From assembly GCF_009834535.1 (NCBI RefSeq), contig NC_045696.1:80974001-81038000 (forward strand): DNA of 64,000 bases, in the 5' to 3' direction. The first letter of the stretch is position 1, and every line of letters starts with the position of its first letter. A program made the translations under genes and the position numbers. Source of the DNA: Camelus ferus. Taxonomy: Eukaryota. Positions 52,190-64,000 of the stretch are shown here, piece after piece. The notes under the pieces are model-generated. The model searched no databases and was not told the DNA's origin. It worked only from the letters and a program-made list of their open reading frames with translations.

Positions 52190-52674
52190 TACTGAAAGGA
52201 GTTCAGCTATGCACTGCGCCCTCCCCCACAAAAGATCTGTCCAAGTCGTAACCCCTGGTACCTGAACATATGACCTTATTAGGAAATAGGGTCTTTGCAG
52301 ATGTAATCAAGTTAGGACAAAGTCATACTGGATTAGGGTGGGCCCTAAATCCAGCTTCTGGTGTCTTTATAAGGGAAAGAAGAGGGAGATTTGGAAGCAG
52401 AGACACACACAGGGAAGAAGGTGATGGGACAGCAGAGACAGAAATTGGACTGATGAAGCTGTAAGCCAAAGAATGCCAAGGATTGCTGGCAACCACCAGA
52501 AGCCGGAAGAGGCAAGGAAGCATTTTTCCCTAGAGCCTTCAGAGGGAACGAGGCCCTGCCAAAGACTCGATTTCAGGCTTCTAGCCTCCAGAACTGTGAG
52601 AGAATACATTTTTGTTGCTTTGAGCCACCCAATTTGTCGGCAATTTGTTGTGGAAGTCCGAGCAAACTAATACA
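52190..52674 (+). mobile_element. MaLR solo LTR (MLT1B/C-like), near full length
   Basis: Contains tgaccttattaggaaatagggtctttgcagatgtaatcaagttag...ctagagccttcagagggaacgaggccctgcc...gcctccagaactgtgaga...aaactaataca. Confidence 0.9.
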
Positions 52675-53546
52675 CACACAAATAGCTCTTTTTTCTGGTC
52701 TCCAGGATTTGTTCCCAGTGTTTCCTGGAAAAAAGTTTCATATCCAGAACAAAACATTTTTAGGTGACAGGACATTTTCAGACATGTGGAATTAGTAGTC
52801 ATAGGAGTAAAGAAGGGTAACAAAGGGATAATCAAGAGGAGGCAGCAAAGGAGATAAGGGCATGAGGAAAATCTTCGGGGCAAACGTGGGTACGCGCAGG
52901 GCGACAGCGGGTGGTGTCAGCCAGCGTGGCTTCCAGCTGAGAGGGGCCCGGTGGGGCTGGCCTCGACTGCTGCCACAGAAGACAGGTGTCGTGAAGTCAG
53001 CCGGCCCAGGACAATTCTCAAAGGTTGCACAAGGTCAGACCAGAAGCCAGGCCTAGAAATGCCCATGTCAGGCAGTCAGTCATTCCTTCCATCCTACATC
53101 CCAGGGGCTCTGGGTTTGCTTATGCTCACAAAGGGCTCCGTTTGGCACTCAGATGGCTTTCCTACCTAAATCATTCCTGGAAAGCTGTGTTTCTGTGAGT
53201 TTGTGTACTCAGTCTGTATCGGACCTTTCATCAGACACTAGGGTATCACCGTATTTGTGTATTACCTATGGAGGCTTGGGTCATTTCCTCTTCCCCAACT
53301 TCTATACCCTAAGATTGGAACCCAAACCCTTACCAGTAGGCTGAACCCCCCAGGGCTCAGGGCCGGATAAAGGGAACAGCATCGTGGAAGTGCCACTGGC
53401 CACTCACAGAGACCCACAGAGGAGTGGTGCATGGTCTGTTGTCAAAAATGACCGTGGCTCCCTCCCCGTTACCTTAGATGAAGCAGAAAAAACGGTGGAC
53501 CGCATGTAATGTTAACTAGAATTTCAACTTACATGGCTATTAAAAA

Positions 53547-53712
53547 TTTTTTTTAATTGAAGTGTAGTTGATTTACAATGTGTTAGTTTCAGTTGTACAG
53601 CAAACTGACTCAGTTATACATATATATATTCTTTTTCAGATTCTTTTCTATTATACGTTATTACAAGATATTGAATACAGTTCCCTGTGCTTACAGTAGG
53701 ACCTTGTTGTTT
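53547..53712 (-). mobile_element. Artiodactyl/camelid L1 3' end
   Basis: It has the same 3'-end sequence as the copies at 43817 and 56855. Confidence 0.87.
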
Positions 53713-54084
53713 AAACTTAACTATTTTTGAAAGACTCCAGGCCAATGGTTGATTGTAAATGTTATTTAAAAATTATTCTTGAGAGCCCTCTCTGTGCAGG
53801 ACTCTGAACTAAGTCTGTGGGACTTGGAGTCAGAGATCACGATCATCAGAGGCTCAAAATTTTGTGTGGAGAAAGGAGCCCTGTGTCCCTTTGGAGACAA
53901 AGCCAGATGAAGGGATAGGCAAAGGCCAGTGGGAAGTGGTGGGTGGAGGAAGAGTCACTCACATGGATGCACGTGGTTTTGAGTGCCTGCTCTGTGCCAG
54001 GGGCTGGAGAGATGGAGAATCAGCAAGGGGCCTGCCCGGGGGAAGACAGCAGGCAAAGTATGTTCCATATAAGCAGCCAGTTTC

Positions 54085-54325
54085 TGACAACTTCTCTCTC
54101 CCCACCCCCCTCCTCCACCCACTTCCCTGTCCTTGTCACTCTGGCCTACTTTCTCCACAGCCTTCATCACTCTCTGAGATAATCTTGCTGATTTGTGACT
54201 TGTTCACTGTCTCTCTCCCTCGCTGGCACATGTGCTCAGTGAGAGCTTGTTCTATGCGATCCCCAAACCCTGGAATGGTGCCTGGCACTGAATAGTTGCT
54301 CAGAGAATATTTGTTGACTGAATGA
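54085..54325 (+). mobile_element. L2 3' end
   Basis: Contains gtgcctggcactgaatagttgctcagagaatatttgttgactgaatgaa. Confidence 0.75.
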
Positions 54326-54359
54326 AATGCAACCCACCAGGAGTAAAAGAGGCCAATAA

Positions 54360-54572
54360 CAAAAAGGGTTTAAGATGATTGGCTGTGAATCCAGACTTCC
54401 TAGGCTTAAGCCTGAGCTCCTCCATTTACTCACTGTTTGACCTTGAGCTAGTGACTTGACCTTGGAATGCCTTGGTCTCCTCAACTGCAAAATGGGCACA
54501 ATAGCATAACCTGCCTCACAGAATTGGTAGGAGGATTTGTGTATGTGAGTTCACACATACAAAAAGCACTTC
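54360..54572 (+). mobile_element. MIR SINE
   Basis: Contains gaccttgagctagtgacttgacc...ctcctcaactgcaaaatggg. Confidence 0.7.
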
Positions 54573-54575
54573 AAG

Positions 54576-54670
54576 CAAGGGTTAGCAAACATTTTCTTGG
54601 AGAGCCATACAGTAAATATTGTTGACTTTGCAGGCCACATGATCTCCTTGTAATGACTCAACTCTGCCCT
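54576..54670. mobile_element. MER58A-like fragment
   Basis: Contains caagggttagcaaacattttct...agtaaatattgttgactttgcaggccac...actcaactctgcc. Confidence 0.75.
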
Positions 54671-55100
54671 TATCACCCCAAATAATAATCTATTGGCTAG
54701 GGAAATTCAGAGTCTTTCCTGCACAACAAATTCACTGGGTGATTTCAGAAGTCACAGTTCAGTCATCTGTAAATGGAGATAATACCTTCTCCTTCCTACC
54801 TCACTGGGTTACCTGGTGATCACGTTAGATAAAAGAGAAAGGGAAAGTATGAGTGCACCATGCACAAATAGTGCATGTACAAATAGCCCAGCGCCGTACA
54901 AATAGGACTCTCTAGCACTGTTTGTATCCCAGGTTGCCATGCAGGAAGTACATCAGGTATTACTATGCTCATTTTACAGATGAGGAAACCAGAGATATTA
55001 AGTGATTCATCTGAGGTCGCCCAGCTGGTAAATGGAAGACCTAAATTTGAACCTAGAAAATGTTTATTCTAGCACAATGCTTGTCAGCAACAGCACAGCA

Positions 55101-55144
55101 CCTCCCTCCCTCCCTCTCTCTCTCTCTCTCTCTCTGTCTCTCTG

Positions 55145-55184
<40 letters not shown>
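55101..55184. repeat. Compound microsatellite (CCTC)n(CT)n(TA)n
   Basis: Directly visible in the sequence; it ends in a perfect TA run at 55161-55184. Confidence 0.95.
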
Positions 55185-55761
55185 ACATGAACCTGATGCC
55201 CAGGGCTTCTCTTGGGATTTTTCTCCTTCACCTTTCTTACACATCCATGTGCCATTTCCCTAGGCTCATCCTAGGCCAGAGAATTCCTTAAGTACTGTAG
55301 CAGTTGCTTCCTGTCCTTGTAGTTAACAAGAAATCATTATAAAGTCAGCCCACTTTTTGTCTTGTCAAATGAAAAAAGAAGAAAAAGGAAAAAATTCAAT
55401 GGTACAACTGTTCCTTAATTAGCTTTAATGCAAAGAGGAAATTTCACAACAGAAGTCTATCCCCATTCCCCACCCCCAACCCCCATATTCTCAAGAAGCA
55501 TAAATAATCTATTCTAGTTCGTCTGCATGTAGGTTGAACTGCATATGCTGTGTTACTGTAAAACACTTACTCAGCCTAAGTCTGTAGTAACAAGAGGGTG
55601 AAGCTCCTGGCAGTTGATGAAGACTGAACTTTGATTAGAATGTCGGAGCGTGTGACTATGGAAACTCAAGACCCGGGGTTTCAGCTACTGTGTGAGTGGA
55701 GCTTACAGCAATGCTAACCACCAGCTAAATATTTGTGAGTGAATTGTCCAAATGCTAAGTA

Positions 55762-56460
55762 TTTTTCACCCACTAGAATAGCTAAAATTAAGAAGACTGA
55801 CAATTCCAAGTTTTGGTGGGGAATGTGGGAAAACTAGAATTCTCTTACCTTGCTCGTGGGGATGCAAAATGGGATAGCCACTTGGGAAAACAGGTTGGTA
55901 GTTTCTTGAAAAATTAAACCTACACTTCCTATATGAACCAGCAACTTCACCCCGAGTGAACTTAAAAGTATATGTACACACAAATATTTTCATGCAAATG
56001 TTCATATTAGTACTATTCATAATAGCCAAAATCTGGAAACAACTCAAATCTTCATCAACTGATGAAAGGCTAAGGAAAATATTGTGCTTCCACACAATAG
56101 AATGTTACTTGGGAATAAAAAGAAATGAATTACTAATACATGTAACAATATGAATGAATCTTAGAACATCAGACTTAGTGAAAGAAGACAGGCGTAAAAG
56201 ACCATATACTTTCCTTCACATGAAATCTCTAGCAAAAGCAAAACTATATACCAGCAGAAAAGAGACTGGAGGATTGGGGATGAGGGGAGCAGGGATGGAC
56301 CATAAAGGGAAATGAGGAAACTTGGGAGCTTTGGAAGTATTCTAAGTTTTGATTGTGGGATGGTTACACAACTGCATAAATTTGCTAAAACTCATGTAAC
56401 CATACAGTTCAAATGGGTGGATGTTAAGGTATGTAAATTCCACTTCAATATAGCTATGAA
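55762..56460 (+). mobile_element. Old L1 (L1MC/MD/ME-like) 3' end
   Basis: Contains cacccactagaatagctaaaatt...gactgacaattccaag...tattcataatagccaaaatctggaaacaac. Confidence 0.85.
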
Positions 56461-56854
56461 ACGAAGTGTTGTGTATTTCTTTGAGTTCAGCTATGTTTTT
56501 CTTTTTAACAATTGCATATTTATTTTAGAAAGGGTGCATGGTATAAAAATGGAAAACAAAGCCCTTAATCCGAACAGCCAGAGATAACCACTATTAACAT
56601 TTTTGATGAATTAAGATTGAAAATAATACTACACTCTGAGAGTTTTCACTTAAGGTTATATCTTGAGCATTTTACCATGTCATTATAAGTTCTTCAAAAA
56701 TATAATTTTTGACGGCGTATAATAGTTTATTGTGTGTGCCATAGTAGTAGACTTACCAACTCCCCTTTGTTAGACATTTAGAAGTTTCTATTTTACTCTT
56801 ATAAAGTTGGATTCTGAAAATATAATTAAGTTCCAAAGGTTATGAATAGCTTTT

Positions 56855-58170
56855 TCTTTTTTTATTAGAGTATAGTCAATTTACACTGTTGTGCTAGTTT
56901 CTGTTGTACAGCATATTGGTCCAGTTATACATATATATATATTCCTTCTCATATTCTTTTTTGTTATAGGCTATTACAAGATGTTGAATATACTTCCCTG
57001 TGCTATACAGTAGGACCTTGTTGTTTATCTATTTTATATATAGTAGTTAGTATCTGAAAATCTCAAACTCCCAATTTATCCCTACACCCCCTCTTTCCCC
57101 CCTAGTAACCGTAAGTTTGTTTTTTTTTCTATGTCTGTGAGTCTGTTTCTGTTTTGTAAATAAGTTCATTTGTGTCCTTTTTTTTTTTTTAAGTTTCCGT
57201 ATGTAAATGGTATCATGTGGTATTTTTCTTTCTCTATCTGGCTTACTTCACTTAGTATGACAATCTCCAGGTCCAACCAGGTTGCTGCAAATGGCATTAT
57301 TTTATTCTTTTTTTTTTTATGGCTGAGGAATATTCCATTGTATAAATATACCACACTTCACTATCCAGTCATCTGTTGATGGACATTTAGGTTGCTTCCA
57401 AGTCTTGGCTATTGTAAATAGTGCTGCTATGAACATTGAGGTGCATGTATCTTGTTGATTAATGTTCCCTCTGGATATATGTCCAGGAGTAGGATTGCTG
57501 GATCATATGGTAAGTCTATTTTTAGTTTTTTGAGGAATCTTCATACTGTTTTCCATAATGGCTGCATGAAACTACATTCCTACCAAAAGAGTAGGAGGGT
57601 TCCCTTTTCTCCACACCCTCTCCAGCATTTACTGTTTGTGGACTTTTGAACTATGGCCATTCTGACTGGTGGGAGGTGAAACCTCTTTGTAGTTTTGATT
57701 TGCATTTCTCTGATAATTAGCGATATTGAGCATTTTTTCATGTGCCTATTGGCCATTTGCATGTCTTCACTGGAGAAATGTTTGTTTAAGTCTTCTGTCC
57801 ATTTTTGGATTAGTTTATTCTTGTTATTAAGTTATATGGGCTGTTTATATATTCTGGAAATGAAGCCCTTGTCAGTTGCATCATTTGCAAATATTTTCTC
57901 TTCTATAGGTTGTCTTTTTGTTTATAGTTTCCTTGGCTGTGCAAAAGATTATAATTTTAATTAGGTCCCATTTGTTTAGTTTTGTTTTTATTTCTATTGC
58001 CTAGGTAGACTGTCCTAGTAGAACATTGTTAAAATTTATGTCAGTGTGGGGAGAATATAGCTCAAGAGCTGAGCACATGCTTAGCATGCATAAGGTCCTG
58101 GGTTCAATCCTCAGTACCTCCTCTAAAGATAAATAAATAAAGACTTATGTCAGATAGTGTTTTGCCTATG
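56855..58170 (-). mobile_element. 5'-truncated camelid/artiodactyl L1, about 1.3 kb, containing a SINE
   Basis: The minus [41 protein letters not shown]...[12 protein letters not shown] matches the ORF2 C-terminus. The diverged TSD is ggttatgaatagctttt (56838-56854) / ggttatacatagttttt (58171-58187). Confidence 0.93.
58045..58139 (+). mobile_element. Vic-1-type SINE (short-tailed) nested in L1
   Basis: Contains ggggagaatatagctcaagag...gcatgcataaggtcctgggttcaatcctcagtacc plus (AAAT)n. The TSD is aaaatttatgtcag (58031-58044) / aagacttatgtcag (58140-58153). Confidence 0.88.
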
Positions 58171-58365
58171 GGTTATACATAGTTTTTGAGGCTCTTGATA
58201 GATATTTTAAAATGTCTGGAACATTTCAGAAATAGCATAGAATCAGTGTAAGAGAGTGACCATACCACCACTACTTTGGGAGCACTGAGTGTTTTCTTCC
58301 TTTTTTATTTATTCAAAGACTTTAGACGACTTTGATTTCTGATGAGGTTGATTTTTTTCCTTAAG

Positions 58366-58748
58366 TGCTGTGGCCATGACTGTTCACACATATTCCAGTC
58401 CTTCTCTCTCCAGGAACAAGAGAGGTTGGGATTTCTCCCCTCTGAAGACAGGCTTGGCCATATGACCTGCTCTGGCCAGTGAAATGTGAGTGAAGTGACA
58501 TGTCACTTCCGGCAAGGAGCTTTAAGAGTCAGTGCAAAGTGTGCTACATTCCCTACTCCCTGCCTGGATGAACATGAAAGCTTGAGTTCAGGTGGAGCCT
58601 CTGTGGGTCGAAGTCCTTGAGTGACCACGATGACCAAGGGGCCCCAGCCAACTCATGTTGGGAAGGAGCATGAGTGAGAAATAAACCTTATTCAAATCAC
58701 TGAAATTCAGGGTTGGTTGTTGCTACAGCATAATTAAGATTACCCTGT
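58366..58748 (+). mobile_element. MaLR LTR (MLT1I/J-like)
   Basis: Contains ggccatatgacctgctctggccagtgaaatgtgag...gcatgagtgagaaataaacc...ttgttgctacagcataa. Confidence 0.8.
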
Positions 58749-60504
58749 CTCATGTATTTCTGTATGATAATAAGGTGAAAAAAATGATCAATGTCCTTTC
58801 ACTTTAGGAAAATGCATACATTGATACTAGGATTGTGTGATTATGAAACAAAGGAAACCAAATGTCTGCATGGCCGACAATTTTCCAATTTGAAAATAAT
58901 TTCCTAATGCAGTTCTATAAATAGAACAAAAAAAAGGGAGTTATTTGGCTTATAGGAATAAAGTAAACCATGGCTTTCTGTGGAAATGGCACCAAAAATT
59001 CAGCAAGGAAGGGAAAAGTCAATTCTGGGACTCTGAATTGATCCGTATCTAATTTGTTTTGTGTTCTTCTACTATTATTCCCCAGACAATGCTGTGAGCA
59101 TTGTGATTTAACGGAAGCACGCCCTGCTGCTTTGATGAGGAGAGGTGTTTAGAGGTGGTACACAGGACATGCTGTAACAATCAAGCTGCTGCCAATGGAT
59201 GGAGCATTTTGTGTTTGGATATCAAACAGAAAGTTACTTTCCTTGTCAAAGGAAAGAGAATAAATAACCTTTCCCAAGGCCCCACAAGCAGAAACACACA
59301 CAGGAAGCAGAAGGCCAGGTAGAGCCACACCGGCAGGGAAACAGAGGCTCACATGAACAGCAAGGAGATAATATTTTGCAAGTCGTATCGGAGGACAGAT
59401 CAGAAATATTCTGCCATATATATTAAGGGCCCCAAAGAAGTGGCCTCTCAGTACAAGTAAGCCTGACATTTAGGGCCAGAATCCACAGAGCTCATAAAAA
59501 GCAAGAAGAAAAGAAATCATGCCAAATGCCCCTGGCTAAGTATTCTCACCCTGCCAAATGATAAAACCCTCTACATAGTACTTTTGGTTATTGTACAAAC
59601 ATGTCAGGTGTGTTTGTGTATGTGTATGTATACATACACATGTATACATGTTTTCATAGTCTAAATACAATCGTTCTCAAAAATCATTTTGCTATCTTTA
59701 AAAAGCCCCATTTCAGAACCCTTCTGGGCATTGCTGTATAGAAATACCTGGGCTGGTGAATTCTTTACATGACAAAGTCAAGATTTGGGTGCCTAGAATG
59801 GGAAAAACAGTAAATACATAGCACCTGTACCTCTGCTAAGCAAATTCCAAATGGGGGATCTAAGTTTCTCCTTAGCTCACTAATAGGCATAAGATGTCCC
59901 AAGCCAGCTTTGTGGGATTTTTGTGTGTTTGTTGAGAAGAGCTATTGGGAAAGCATGACTGATTTGTTCATTTACCACTGAAATATTTATAGTGACCTTG
60001 ATGTGACTGATATAAGGGAAAAATATCAACTAACAAAGAAACAGTAGAATCATAGTTAGAAACAAGGACTTATAATGGACTTAGGTTAAAATCATAAAAA
60101 TCAACAAACAACTTTTATGTTTGGAAGAATTATTAATGTTCAGATTTTTAATTAGGATTTCAAAGCCATTTTTAATGAGAATATAGAAGAATCTTCTTTC
60201 CCGAAATCAGAATACTAGACTACATCTTTGCTGGATTTAAGTAGTCACAAAACATCTATTAAGCAGCACAGTTGAGCACAAAGGAAAAAGAGCTATAGAT
60301 CTACCTCCACTGGAGAAGATAATAAAGAGGCAAGAAAGCAGGTTAATTTTCTGCTTCTGTACATTTATAAGTAAAATAGGAATCATCTCTATGGTCATGA
60401 GGATTGATTTTTGAATGTTGTTATGTCTTAATAATAACAACTAATATTTATTATCTGCCATATGGCAGACAATTGAATCTTCACAAAAACCCAGTCAAGT
60501 CAGC

Positions 60505-60948
60505 TGTGCTAGACTCTTATATGCTGGTCTAGGATTAGCCACACCTCCCAGTATTTACATCCTTATGTATTCACTTTCCACACTGACTCTGGGCTTGACC
60601 GCATGACTTGCTTTGGCCAATGAGACACTGGCAAGCATGATATAAGCAGAGGCTGGATAAGTGCTCAAACCTTGTATTTGTCCTCTTGAAATCTAGCTGC
60701 CATTTGAAAAGCTCAGGCTAAATTACTAAATGCTGAGAGGCCACAAGGAATGAAGCTCTGGAAGATGAGAGATCCCAGCCCCAGCTAAGCTCCCTGCTGA
60801 ACACAGCTGCATAGGTTATTCAAGCAAAACCAGTGGAAGAACCACCCAGCCCTGCCCCACCTCACAGAATCATAACAAAGTAATAAATAATTGTTTTAAG
60901 CCACTATATTTTGGGGTGATTGGTTACCAAGCAACAAGCAACTGAAAT
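60505..60948 (+). mobile_element. MaLR LTR (MLT1H-like)
   Basis: Contains gactctgggcttgaccgcatgacttgctttggccaatgag...ttgttttaagccactatattttggggtgattggttac. Confidence 0.8.
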
Positions 60949-61109
60949 ATGGGTAATAAAATTTATAATTGACAAATACGGAAATTGGCTCAGAGAGGTT
61001 AAATATATTAGTAAGATCTCATACTATAATTTTAATTCCAAATATACCACGTAACACCTCAAGTTCTCTTCACTCTACTCTCCCTTAAATTCCAAATGGG
61101 GGATCTAAA

Positions 61110-61412
61110 TCTCTCCTTAGCTCACTAATAGGCATAAGATGTCCCAAACCATCTCTTGAGTTCCCCCTCTTCCTCTCTCTGGGTTCCCTACCTCATTAAA
61201 TGGCACTGGTACCCATCCAGTTGCTCAGGCCAAAAATACAGAGTTATCATTGACCTCTCTCTCACTCATACACCACATCCAACCTATTAGCAAGTCCTGG
61301 TGCCTCTAACTTCAAGATATCCTCTGAATCTGACCCTACTGTTCATCACCCACTCCTCCACCACCCCAGTGCAGGCCACCACCGTGCCTTACTTGAACCA
61401 TCACCATAGCAT
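61110..61412 (+). mobile_element. L2 fragment
   Basis: Contains taataggcat...atgtcccaaacc...aatggcac...catccagttgctcaggccaaaa...cagtgcaggccaccacc. Confidence 0.78.
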
Positions 61413-62679
61413 TTGGGTGGGAGGGGACCAGGGGGAAATGGCCCCAGAAAGGGCCAAGGGTAAAGGAAAAAGGGACAATAGAGCAACGCCTTCTGACTCA
61501 ACAGCTCTTACTGCCAACCACCACCTCCCTCCGGAGCGCTCTTGGTTATCTTCAGGGAAATGAGGCTGGAATCTGGCAGCAGGAGAGGTCTGCCATCTCT
61601 TTCCCTGGCCACAGAGGCTTCAGCTCATTCCTAGAAAAGCAGTGTAACTGAATGTTTGTCCAACACACTCCCCCCAACTGATCTGGGAATAAGGTTCTAC
61701 ATCTGACTTAAGGAAGATTGCAAGGGTAGGGGACGAAGGTCTTGAGCAGGCGTTACCCTTCCTCTGCACACTAACATGATGCTTTGGATTTTGAAGGTTT
61801 ATTCCTCAAGAGAGGAGATCTGGACAGGGCAAGGTTAATTGACTAAGCAAGGCCAGGACTTCCCATAGAGAATGTTCTTAAAAAAAAAAAAAGGCACCAG
61901 GATGTGTTAGCCCAATAAATAATTCATTGGACTGCTTATTCACAGACTAATAGAAAAGTGTTGCAGAATGCCTGCATGTCAGTCAGTCTGCAGTTAGTTA
62001 AATAAACACTATGCAGATGTCACTTGTACAACGCAGATTTCTATATTAATTGTATGTTTTATCCAGGCAAAAACATAATCTCTAGTAACTTCACTTCAAA
62101 TTCTATTAAAATCTCATGGCCTTGAAAAGGTTACCTGACATCTTGTAGGCCAGATCCAGGGCTGAATAGACATGTCCCCTGCCACTGACTGTACAATAGC
62201 CAAACACTCAGATGACACTTGCTGCCCATACAGAGAAACACTGAGGGCTGTGATCCTTCTGGGCCCGCTGGAATTCTCCCGGCTTCAGGGCGCACAGCTG
62301 CAGCAGCAAATGCAAAGGCAGAATGTGTGTCTGCAGATGCCCTGGCCCCAGCTCTATCAGCAGTTCTCACTTTTACCTGAACAATCTCCTGATTGTTTGA
62401 TGTGCTTTTAAAAGAAACAAGGATGACGATGTACTACTGCTACTGCTGCCACCCCCCCACCCCCCCCACCCGCCCCCACACCACCACCACCACCGCCACT
62501 GCAACTACTGCTACTATTAAAGGTCCCACTACGTCCCAGGAATTGTTAAGTGCTTTATATGCCATTCCCCACCACCCATTTAATCCTCATAACTGTGAGG
62601 CAGATACTATTATTACCTCCCTTTTTCAGATAAAATGTCTATAATATGAAAAAACACAGAGTAATCAAAGTTAGCTCAC

Positions 62680-63200
62680 AGGTAATGTGACAATAAATTG
62701 ACACCATGTAGCTCCTGATGAGATGCACTCAGAAGGAAATAAAACCACTTCTACGGTATTCTTGCTTCAAGTGCATAGTCTGACTTCAGTCAAGATCAGA
62801 CAAACCCAAATTGAGAGACATTCTAAAAAATACCTGGGCAGTACTCTTCAAACGTATCAAGGTCATGAAAGACAAAGACGGATTGAAAATCTCTTCCGTG
62901 TTAAGGGAAACAAGGCAACTCCATGCAGCATGTGGATCTGGACAGGATTCTGGACCAGAAGAAGAACACTAGTGGGACAACTGGTGAACGTGAGGACTGT
63001 AGATCAGATAATAGTGTTTTGTTAATGTTACTTTCTGATTTTTATCATTTCGCTGCAACATGAAAATGATAACATTTGGGTCAACTAGGTGATGGATATT
63101 CAGGAATTCTTTGTGCTGTTTTTCTCACTTTTAGTTTGCAAGTCAAAAGTTATTTCAAATTAAAAGTTGAAAAACAGAAAAAAGAAAAAAAAGTTTTAAA
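62680..63200 (+). mobile_element. L1MC/MD-like 3' end
   Basis: Contains cagacaaacccaaattgagagacattcta...tcaaggtcatgaaagacaaag...ggattctggaccagaa...aaaagttatttcaaattaaaagtt. Confidence 0.82.
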
Positions 63201-63814
63201 AAAAGCCCACAGTGTATGGCATCCTAGCAGGGATTCTCAGGAAACACAGGAGGTGGTACCAAATAAGGAATGGAAAACGGGGATGTTTCTCCTTCCACAC
63301 CCCTTGTTTGTCCCTGGAGTGGTTCATCCAGAAGATAAATTTCTCTAGTGTAAAATTCTTGTGAATGACAGGCTGTTAGATTTGGAAGGTAGCTTAGAGA
63401 TATTCTTAGGGGGCTTGTTTTGCAGAAGAGACACCTGCAGCTCAGAAAGCCATGGGGATGGTGGGCCTGAGGTCACACAACAGGAGAGCCAAGATTAGTG
63501 CCCAGCTAGTCCTTCTGGGTCATGGGATACTATTTCTGTTCCACCGCTCGTTTCTGAAAGAGGACACCTCTGTGCCAGGTGGAACTTAAGCCCAGAATTC
63601 ATGTTGCTGGGGCCTTAACCATTAGCTGCGTGATTCTTTCCACCCACCCACTAGAGAGTTGCTTCCATAGGCCAGAGAATTATTCATTCATTTAGCATGT
63701 ATTTATTGAGGGCCTCAAGTGCCCAGCACTGCTTGGAAGGATACAGATTCAGCAACCATGAAAAGCAAAGTCCTCAAAATCTAGCCGTAGGGCCTGCTTG
63801 CTCACCCATTCTCC

Positions 63815-63992
63815 ACCACTAATGACTTGCATGACCTCGGGCACATTCCTTTACAGTTTGTTCTTTTGTAACATAGAGAAGATAGAATTACTCAAAGGTT
63901 GTTCCGAGTATTAAATAGGATATCACATCTAAGCTCTTAGCAGAATTGTCTGGCATGTAGGTATTCCATGAAAGTTAAATATTACTGTTAGT
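63815..63992 (+). mobile_element. MIR SINE
   Basis: Contains tgacctcgggcaca...gttgttccgagtattaaa...tctggcatgtaggtattcc. Confidence 0.6.
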
Positions 63993-64000
63993 TTTTTCTC

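Noticed and set aside
54538..54906. Short imperfect palindromes and three ACAAATAG copies (about 54864-54906)
   Set aside because: They are too short and sit within or beside MIR remnants, consistent with slippage or chance.
9700..64000. Exons of the neighbouring gene (TNIK by human synteny)
   Set aside because: I saw no kinase-like coding sequence or CpG-island promoter in this window.

Overview
This is mammalian genomic DNA, not prokaryotic, and it is very probably camelid: it carries three Vic-1-type tRNA-derived SINEs and artiodactyl-type L1 3' ends. The only protein-coding content I can support is the last two exons of phospholipase D1 (PLD1) on the + strand: 2814-2931 and 4532-4756, ending ...PTEVWT-stop. 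These are followed by a 3' UTR of uncertain length and about 55 kb of repeat-rich intergenic DNA (L1, L2, MIR, MaLR/ERVL LTRs, hAT and Tigger-type DNA transposon fossils). Almost all other ORF-track entries are chance ORFs or L1 remnants. I found no evidence of a new multi-gene biological system. The most interesting observations are structural or regulatory: three short paired duplications about 1-1.5 kb apart, a TSD-flanked chimeric L1 insertion with a second L1 at the same site, nested transposons with readable TSDs, two CTCF-like motifs downstream of PLD1, and a dense STAT/RUNX/FOX:ETS/KLF motif cluster. Repeat family names come from recalled consensus sequences, and old-repeat boundaries are approximate.
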